Below are positions 56,900 to 64,000 of a stretch of 64,000 nucleotides of DNA, one piece after another. Origin of the DNA: Escherichia coli (GTDB taxonomy: Bacteria > Pseudomonadota > Gammaproteobacteria > Enterobacterales > Enterobacteriaceae); assembly GCF_030384885.1 (NCBI RefSeq), contig NZ_CP128615.1; one strand, given 5' to 3'. Within the stretch, counting starts at the first letter, position 1; the number at the start of each line of letters is the position of its first letter. The notes beneath the pieces are model-generated. The model was not told the origin of the DNA. It did not search any database and saw only the letters and a list, made by a program, of their open reading frames with translations. The translations under genes were made by a program, and so were the position numbers.

Positions 56900-57639
56900 T
56901 GGTTTGACATTCCATCAGGTATCACTAATTGATTCCACTCCCTGTTGCGGGTAGCTTCAGCAGCGCGCAGGGCTCTTTCGCGCCTCCAGACTTTACGAAA
57001 CACGGAAACTGCAGACCATTCATCATGACCTGTAAGACGTGTTTCGGGCATCCCGGTTGCCTTGCGCAGACGGACGGCAAGAATGACAGCGTTGATGCCC
57101 AAGCGCGTGAACTGATACTGCCGTTCCCTGAAATAGTCCTTATGCCAAGGAGGGTCGGAGTATTCGGCGGCATATGCAATTGCCCTGTGGGCCTCATCCT
57201 GGAGCACCGGCAGTTCACGGATGCGATACATAAGACGTGGCTCTAAAGTCCGCCAGTCACCGGAGACATCGATCAGATTCAGTTCAGGGTAATTCGTGAC
57301 AGCTTTTCTCTCAGGCTGGGGGGCATCATCATCCTGGCCGTCATCCGTCACAACCCGGAAACAACCCTCAGCATACCGTTCAAGCATGAATACCAACTCG
57401 GTGGCAATGTAATGCAGTTCCTTTTTCATTTTATCTTCTGACGCCTGTCTCTCACGCTTAAGCGTGAAATAATGTGTCAGCCAGATGCCAGTGAGTGTTA
57501 TACCCCCAGTAAGCAGGCCAGTGATAAGCCCGGTTGCCACGTTTCCCCAGATCCCCGCCCCTTGATTAATCAGCTGTACGGAAACCGGATGGGATGTCGC
57601 AGCAACTATACTCTCAGTTGCGGCCTGTATATCAGTCAT
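56896..57639 (-). CDS. hypothetical membrane-anchored protein (247 aa)
   Basis: N-terminal Gly-rich TM segment GIWGNVATGLITGLLTGGITLTGIWL; ATGA overlap with the recombinase start. Confidence 0.6.
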   Translation of the reverse strand: MTDIQAATESIVAATSHPVSVQLINQGAGIWGNVATGLITGLLTGGITLTGIWLTHYFTLKRERQASEDKMKKELHYIATELVFMLERYAEGCFRVVTDDGQDDDAPQPERKAVTNYPELNLIDVSGDWRTLEPRLMYRIRELPVLQDEAHRAIAYAAEYSDPPWHKDYFRERQYQFTRLGINAVILAVRLRKATGMPETRLTGHDEWSAVSVFRKVWRRERALRAAEATRNREWNQLVIPDGMSNQ

Positions 57640-57689
57640 TGATCATTTACCCCTTTATATTCCTGAGAAATCCCGCCCTCTGTCCGTAG

Positions 57690-58040
57690 TCAGCGGCCGG
57701 CAGCCAGCTCTTCAGCCAGTTTCACAAACCTTTTGTGCTCAGTCTGCAGGTAATGGCTGTAAATCCGGGCATCACGTTCTGTCAGTCCGGATGGATTGCC
57801 GGTGAAGTAACGTTGCAGCACCGCAATACAGTGATTGTAGGTATCGAGATCATATTCCCAGTTTCCCAGCTCACCGGCCGCATCCAGTTCCTGGCGAAAC
57901 TGCTCGTATTTACGGAGCAGAATGCCAAGACCTAATTCTGTTGCAGCATAAAGATTATTTTCTCCTGGCGCGGAAATCGCATTACGGATTTTTTCAAAAG
58001 CATAACTGAAATCATTTCTCTCATTGAATGCAGTAAACAT
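57690..58040 (-). CDS. hypothetical protein (116 aa)
   Basis: GAGGAAAGGAC RBS region; candidate extended -10 TGGTAAAAT and two GTGA-N3-TCAC palindromes upstream (58110-58150). Confidence 0.55.
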   Translation of the reverse strand: MFTAFNERNDFSYAFEKIRNAISAPGENNLYAATELGLGILLRKYEQFRQELDAAGELGNWEYDLDTYNHCIAVLQRYFTGNPSGLTERDARIYSHYLQTEHKRFVKLAEELAAGR

Positions 58041-58610
58041 GTCCTTTCCTCAGTTGAATAGTTAGCCGTGCAATTTTACCACACCTCAATCATCGTCAGA
58101 TGAGTGCCACTCTGTCGCGACAGTGACTTTCACGAGAGTGATTTTCACATACTAAAATAATAAGCAGCCATATAACAACGTAATTAAATTACCTGACGGC
58201 CGCTCTGGCCGGATCCGACTTTTATGTTATTCCACAGTTTCCGGAAGTGTACCACGCACACGGAATAACCACAGCGCCCTTTCAGGGTGGTGAGCGGCCG
58301 GTCACGGGGCAGGGGAGGGGCACAACATATATGGTCACTGACAGCTGGAAACACCGCTACATCTTGTGTTTCCGGGCCGCTGCGCGCCGGCGGGGCTGAA
58401 TCAGATCCGGAACTGGTGGTTTTCGGATCTGCGGTGGAGAAATGAGAAAACAGGATATGCGCAGCATATCCACATGCCACGCATCTGCATAGGGCAGACA
58501 TACGCATATGTCAGTCATCTGCATATGTTACACCTATACAGACCAGTCCGGCAGGCATATACTGCACATATGTACTCACACATCATGCATGATCAGCCGG
58601 AGGAACATCC

Positions 58611-58841
58611 ATGCGCACAGTTTCGATATTTAAAAACGGCAATAACCGCGCCATCCGTCTGCCCCGGGACCTGGATTTTGACGGCGTCAGCGAGCTGGAG
58701 ATCGTCCGGGAAGGGGACAGCATCATTCTGCGTCCCGTCCGGCCGACCTGGGGCTCGTTCGCGCAGCTGGACAGGGCCGATCCGGACTTTATGGCGGAGC
58801 GTGAGGATGTGGTCAGCGATGAAGGACGCTTTGAGCCATGA
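58611..58841 (+). CDS. vagC: second copy of the VagC antitoxin
   Basis: Protein identical to 2446..2676; at least one synonymous DNA difference (GAT to GAC). Confidence 0.9.
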   Translation: MRTVSIFKNGNNRAIRLPRDLDFDGVSELEIVREGDSIILRPVRPTWGSFAQLDRADPDFMAEREDVVSDEGRFEP

Positions 58842-58933
58842 AGAAAACCTGGATGCTCGACACTAACATCTGCTCGTTCATCATGCGCGAGCAGCCGGCA
58901 GCGGTGCTGAAGCGCCTGGAGCAGGCGGTGCTG
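58838..58933 (+). pseudogene. vagD: vagD truncated after 32 codons by the IS21-family remnant
   Basis: MKKTWMLDTNICSFIMREQPAAVLKRLEQAVL, then unrelated sequence. Confidence 0.85.
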
Positions 58934-58991
58934 TCAACGCCACGATGTTTGACCGTTATTTGCCATTTTCATGCCCGCTAAGATACTTTCG

Positions 58992-59775
<784 letters not shown>

Positions 59776-59779
<4 letters not shown>

Positions 59780-60417
59780 AACAGCTCCTCATAGGCACTC
59801 AGTGGTCGATGTTCCACCTGACTGACCTGCTGCCAGAGCGGGGCGTGATGCTCCGGCACTGTCTGCCAGCCAGACGATGCCGGACAGAGGCGATGTGAGG
59901 CCACCAGTTTCTCATTACTGTAGATCCGCAACTCGTCATCCAGCGATATTCGTATCGATACTGGCTGACCACACAGCGCTTCGGGAACGCTGTAACGATT
60001 ACCACCAACCTCGATATAGCTGTCCCAGGACACATGGCGGATGTCGAAGTAACTGGTATCGAAGTCCGTATCCGGTAACGGCTGCAGATGTTCCTGCTCC
60101 AGCGCGAAGCGCTGTTCCGGCGTTTCTTTGAACTGGCGAAGCTCCCGTTTGTCAGCCACATCGGCTATCCATTGCTCCAGTTGTTGATTAACATGAGTGA
60201 AGCTGTCGAACCTGCGGTACCGGACGAAGAAGTTCTCCTTGAGGTATTTCACCATCCGCTCAACCTTACCTTTTGTTCTGGCCCTGCGTGGACGGCATGC
60301 CCGTGGCAGGAAGTTATAGTGGTCGGCCAGCAACAGGAATCCGGAGTTGAACACGACTTTCCCGTTGTTATTCTTCAGCACCGCAGCCTTCTGGTTATCA
60401 ACCAGCACCGTTTTCAC
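59776..60417 (-). pseudogene. istA: IstA transposase, C-terminal ~215 codons only
   Basis: ...[23 protein letters not shown]...RPRRARTKGKVERMVKYLKENFF... Confidence 0.8.
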
Positions 60418-60604
60418 ACAACCACCGAATTTGATCCCTGAAAACTGTCAGCGCTGCGAGGACGAAGAAAGTATTACGGCTAAAGCCGTAATACCTCCCC
60501 ATCCAGCTTCAAGCTATGTAGAAACTTATGTGGGTAGAGCAGTCCCGACAGGGCAGTACCGCATTGACAGGCCGTCAGGGCCACTTACGAGCTTGTATGA
60601 CAAG

Positions 60605-60642
60605 GGGGGCCGTCTGGATATAGCGAATTATTGTACGGTAAG
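60605..60642 (+). mobile_element. solo 38-bp Tn3-family inverted repeat
   Basis: GGGGGCCGTCTGGATATAGCGAATTATTGTACGGTAAG matches the inverted repeat at 34373 at 31 of 38 positions, same orientation; no tnpA adjacent. Confidence 0.7.
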
Positions 60643-60978
60643 CCTTTTTTGAACAGCCTTACCTATTGCTATAGAGGGGAACTCCTACGTTATACGCCGC
60701 TTTCAGGGGATTCGACCTTAATGAGACAACTCAAATATGATCGACAACTTAAACGCGATAGTTGCTGATAAAATCAATCCATTACGCGTTTCAATTGATT
60801 AAATAATGCACTTAATGTACAAAAATTCCCGATCTCAAAACTGAACCCTAAAGATACCAGGCATCTCCCCCAGGAAGCGCCCTCATGCGTTTTCCTGTTC
60901 CGCCCCTGCCACCTACCTTCTGTTTCATACTTGTTGTATTATTGTTTTTGTTTTCAATCCCCAAGGAGACGTCGCTAT

Positions 60979-61146
60979 ATGACTGTGCGGGAGACAGAGG
61001 AAAACATTGAACAAATCTTCCCTGAGCTTTCGAACTTAATTGATATTATTAATAAATGGCTTTCCCATGGAAACATTGATCCTGAACTGGCACACTTCAT
61101 CATTTATCTTCTTGATTACCTAACCACCACACACAAAAGCATATAA
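60979..61146 (+). CDS. 55-aa ORF (doubtful)
   Basis: AAGGAG 10 nt upstream; MTVRETEENIEQIFPELSNLIDIINKWLSHGNIDPELAHF...; lies where a primer-RNA-like transcript would run antisense. Confidence 0.25.
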   Translation: MTVRETEENIEQIFPELSNLIDIINKWLSHGNIDPELAHFIIYLLDYLTTTHKSI

Positions 61147-61190
61147 AAATTTTCCTTGCACATCCATTTTTTTGCGAATATTATTATTCC

Positions 61191-61289
61191 TGCTGAATAT
61201 GATTCAATATCGCACGCTACTCATCCATCCCAGGATAATGAGTACATAGGTTGAAGTTTCAACACCCCCATTACGGGGGTGTTTTTTTT
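61191..61289 (+). ncRNA. candidate ~100-nt sRNA (RNA I-like antisense RNA?)
   Basis: Promoter TTGCAC (61156-61161) -17- TATTAT (61179-61184). Four stem-loops. Intrinsic terminator ACACCCCC-ATTAC-GGGGGTGT + T7 (61262-61289). Confidence 0.5.
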
Positions 61290-61405
61290 ACCAATAAACA
61301 CAAATCACACCATCGCCATACTCTGTTTGCCAGACATCGATTGGTAAATATGCGTAACTCGCTATAATACAAAAAGAAAAATCAGAACCAGAAACCAGTT
61401 TCCAG

Positions 61406-61501
61406 ATAAAAAACACCCTCCCGAAGGAGGGGACAGACACATTCATATTTCCCAAAACAGGAATTTTTATTTTTATGACGCATTAATGAAGTTACTTCAT
61501 C
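61406..61501 (-). ncRNA. candidate ~96-nt sRNA, convergent with the previous one
   Basis: Minus-strand promoter TTGATC (61531-61536) -17- TAATCT (61508-61513). Terminator CCCTCC-TTCG-GGAGGG + T6 (61406-61431). Confidence 0.4.
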
Positions 61502-61703
61502 TCCAGTAGATTAACTTCATTTAAAGTGGCGATCAATCATATTTATTACGACTCTAAACTATTACAACAACCACAATAAGATATCACCTCAAATATAAAA
61601 GATAACTCTTACAAAAACGTTCCGAAAACAAAAAATACAGATAAACACCAATAAAAAACAGAAAACTCTTACACATTTAAAGATGGTAAAATAATATAGA
61701 ACT

Positions 61704-61803
61704 GTTAGTCTAATGGAGAAGGCGCATCTGATTCAGAGCAATCTATTGCGAAGAATCAGAGTAACAGGGCCCCATGATATAATCATGGGGCCCTGTTGCT
61801 TTT
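61704..61803 (+). ncRNA. candidate ~100-nt sRNA or leaderless small transcript
   Basis: Promoter TTACAC (61669-61674) -17- TAATAT (61692-61697). 15-bp perfect hairpin AACAGGGCCCCATGA-TATAA-TCATGGGGCCCTGTT (61763-61797) followed by GCTTTT. Confidence 0.4.
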
Positions 61804-62021
61804 ACAGATGTAAAAACGACCAATCATTTAACATCTGTTATCGGCACCGCCCCGGACGGGTTCGGCGCAAATATGGTATGGTACCAGCCCGGCAATTCAC
61901 CTGCCGTGCAATCTGACGAAGCAGTACCGGCGTATGCAGATATATCGTCCAGACATATCTGCCGCATTCAGGCGGTGAGTAAAGCCTTCTCTCTCAAAAG
62001 AGGAGCAACAGTTATCCACAG

Positions 62022-62030
62022 ATTCTGGGG
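62022..62030 (+). promoter_or_regulatory. consensus DnaA box TTATCCACA
   Basis: Perfect 9-mer followed by GGGGATAAC, as in the pMB1 DnaA-box region. Confidence 0.5.
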
Positions 62031-62184
62031 ATAACTGCGAAAAGAATATGTGCCAGGAAAGTCGGCTCCCGGGAAAAAGACCGCTGGCGGCGCAGCTGCT
62101 GGATACGAAAGCTGAGCTGAAAGGATCCCGGGAGGACGTCCGTAAACTTCAGTCCCTGGCCCGTCATGACGGGAAGGTGAAAAA

Positions 62185-62826
62185 GTGAATGCGGATACCT
62201 GGACCCGCCTGCAGGCCTTCCGACATGCTCTGGAGCTGACTTCCTGTGAGGCTTCTCTCACCGCCGGGTATGATCACCTGAAGGATTTCCCGGCCGGTTG
62301 CAGCGAGCTGGCCAGCCAGACGCTGACTGATTATCTGACGGAAGACGGCAGCAACCTGTACTCCTGTATTGTCGGTATGCAGTGGGATAATGGTCCTGGC
62401 AGATACGGCCACGTCATTGCCGCCCCTGCCAGGGACTATATCGACCTGACCCTTGATCAGTTTCCAGGCTATCATAACCGGATTGTGGCAGAGCCCGTTG
62501 AGTCCGGCGGACAGCTCGCGGCAGACCTCAACAGGGAGCCTGCCATCAGTACAGCTGATGGAATAGTGGCCAGCGCATCAGATAAGGTTAATTACATTAC
62601 TGAACAGAAAAATCGCCAGCCAATGGTGATCATTACAGAATGTTACAAGCTGATCAGAATAACGGCAAGATTTATACCAATGTGCCAGTCATCTCAACTC
62701 TTCCAGCACCAGGTATTCCCTCGCTTATTTATCATTTCAGACGTTGGCTCCTGCAGTTTGTCCAGGAACACCTTAGATCGTTTAGCTACTGACTGGAAGG
62801 TGACACTGTCCATCCTGTCGCTATAG
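62185..62826 (+). CDS. hypothetical protein (213 aa) with possible Cys-His-Asp papain/transglutaminase-like triad
   Basis: GTG start with AAGGTG RBS; FPAGCSELAS ... YGHVIAAP ... DYIDLTLDQF. The C-terminal ~45 codons look non-protein-like and overlap a convergent ORF. Confidence 0.45.
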   Translation: MNADTWTRLQAFRHALELTSCEASLTAGYDHLKDFPAGCSELASQTLTDYLTEDGSNLYSCIVGMQWDNGPGRYGHVIAAPARDYIDLTLDQFPGYHNRIVAEPVESGGQLAADLNREPAISTADGIVASASDKVNYITEQKNRQPMVIITECYKLIRITARFIPMCQSSQLFQHQVFPRLFIISDVGSCSLSRNTLDRLATDWKVTLSILSL

Positions 62827-63014
62827 GGCTTGATATAAACCTGGCAGGCAAGGGATCTGGTTAACTCCTTTCCTTCCATAAAGTGTTTGAAGATCCAGAG
62901 ATACGTATCCACAAGCTCCAGCCCTGTACTCTGTGTCCCCGACTGGAAGACCTGCGGTTCAGCTGGTATTTCCGTTACATCCATGACCGGTGTCTGCGCA
63001 GCAGTGCCTGTCAT
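62694..63014 (-). CDS. hypothetical ORF (106 aa)
   Basis: Open frame only; weak RBS; overlaps the previous ORF by 133 nt. Confidence 0.3.
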   Translation of the reverse strand: MTGTAAQTPVMDVTEIPAEPQVFQSGTQSTGLELVDTYLWIFKHFMEGKELTRSLACQVYIKPYSDRMDSVTFQSVAKRSKVFLDKLQEPTSEMINKRGNTWCWKS

Positions 63015-63489
63015 CAGGATCCTGTCACTCTTTCGACCGACAGCTTATGGCATACAGTTGGGCTCGTAAGATCCAGAGTCAATAACTGACAGGGTTTATT
63101 CTGTCATCCTCCGGCAACAAAGGCATATACGATATTCACTTATTTTGTCGGCCCAACGGCTTTTTACAGTAGCTCGTTTTGCCCAACTGATGCTACAGCT
63201 CTTTGGTTTGCTTCATCACGGATATCAGCTCCGACACAGGCACAGCTGACTGGTTGCAACGTCTGCACTTCTCTGGACCTGAAACGTCAATTATCAGGAT
63301 TCTGACGATTAGTCTTAAGACTGTCGGTAAATTAAGTGATGCCAGTTGTCAGGATATTCATGGAGCCAGTCTGCATGCGCCTCTGGCGTTGAGACAAACA
63401 TATGAAGTGTATTTCGGATATGACTGTACGCTCAGGAAGTACGGCAGATTCCGTCAAAAATTACCTGTAAAGACAGACTTCAGAAAAAA

Positions 63490-63543
63490 CAGTGCTCGCC
63501 GCAGACCGGTGACCGGGCGAAGCCCGCGAACCGGCGAGGAAGC
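63490..63543 (-). other. third ColE1 n'-pas-like element
   Basis: Reverse complement GCTTCCTCGCCGGTTCGCGGGCTTCGCCCGGTCACCGGTCTGCGGCGAGCACTG is about 75% identical to 55314-55366. Confidence 0.45.
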
Positions 63544-64000
63544 GCAATATATCTGTAGTTACAGTGAGCAGGTACGCCCTGAAGCCTTCATAATCGGTAG
63601 TGTATGCTGTTTTTCCGGAATGATTTATCCACATATCCAGAGGCCCGATCCAGTAAATAGATCCATGAATGATCAATAAAGGATCCATTAAAGATCCCCA
63701 TATCGCTACAAACCTTGTTACTCATGGGCCGGGACCACGATCACATAAGCTGTGGCATGTTACTGATAAACTGTAATATGCTAATGATAAGCTGTATTCA
63801 GTAATGCATATACTGAAGTAAGCTAATGACATAAACTATGGTCAGTACGCCAGACTCTGTTGTTAAATACAGACTGCAGGTTTTTCTTCAGTCAGTTAGC
63901 GGGGCTCTGACACACGATTTGCTGTTTATTCTTTTACTGTCCACAGGCAGGAGGCTTTCTGGAAAACGAAAATTCAGACATCAAAAAACTGTTCGGCGAG

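Larger units (their letters stand above)
60786..62089. other. ColE1/pMB1-type replicon-like unit, circularly permuted at the origin (hypothesis)
   Basis: 60786-60917 aligns with the pMB1 sequence just right of ori (GCGTTT...ACAAAAAT...AAAGATACCAGGC...CCTGTTCCG.CCCTGCC). 61850-62089 aligns with the sequence just left of ori (pas-like, GGCGGT.A, GTTATCCACAGA..C.GGGGATAAC...GAA.ATGTG...CCAGGAA...CCGC..TGGCG). Confidence 0.45.

Noticed and set aside
62048-62188. 46-aa ORF as an upstream toxin/antitoxin partner
   Set aside because: Its start codon and first third lie in sequence homologous to non-coding pMB1 origin-flanking DNA. It is reported only as part of a low-interest finding.
63203-63679. 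158-aa plus-strand ORF and 75-aa minus-strand ORF
   Set aside because: Both span the pas-like non-coding element (63490-63543). Neither has an RBS or recognisable motifs.

Overview
All calls were made by eye and from memory of family motifs; no searches were run. The window is a mosaic segment of a large enterobacterial-type plasmid, in three parts.

(1) Left, 1-22.2 kb: a defence island.
- A 5'-truncated OLD-family nuclease plus a short UvrD-like helicase (Gabija-like pair), followed by vagCD (VapBC).
- A four-deep IS nest: IS903 end, IS2-type inverted repeat, an IS3-family element, and an IS110-family element inside it.
- A complete minus-strand type I BREX operon, brxR-brxA-brxB-brxC-[DUF262/DUF1524 GmrSD-like gene]-pglX-pglZ-brxL.

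(2) Middle, 22.2-45.2 kb: a resistance and transposon mosaic.
- IS1 copies and fragments, and three IS903-like copies.
- A truncated Tn1721 carrying pecM, tet(A), tetR and the Tn1722 backbone with its MCP-like gene.
- A full Tn5393 (tnpA, tnpR, IS1133, strA-strB) inserted into an IS903 copy with a 5-bp target duplication.
- A centromere-like 11-bp repeat module trapped between two IS903 copies.

(3) Right, 45.2-64 kb: maintenance backbone.
- A decayed second Rep_3 replicon (16 x 37-bp iterons plus a rep 3' fragment).
- IS1, and a group II intron whose reverse-transcriptase ORF carries an in-frame TAG.
- A LexA-boxed umuDC-like operon and P1-type parA-parB-parS.
- An intact RepE-like replicon: five 22-bp ori iterons, DnaA boxes, and a 36-bp control array.
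- A frameshifted tyrosine recombinase with two unknown upstream genes.
- A second vagC with its toxin cut by a decayed IS21-family remnant.
- An AT-rich stretch that looks like a circularly permuted ColE1-type mini-replicon with several sRNA-like units.

Most noteworthy:
- The BREX locus with its embedded type IV-like nuclease and a compositionally mosaic pglX.
- Bridge-RNA-like guide matches in the IS110 element.
- The ColE1-like permuted unit.
- The paired, diverged iteron replicons.
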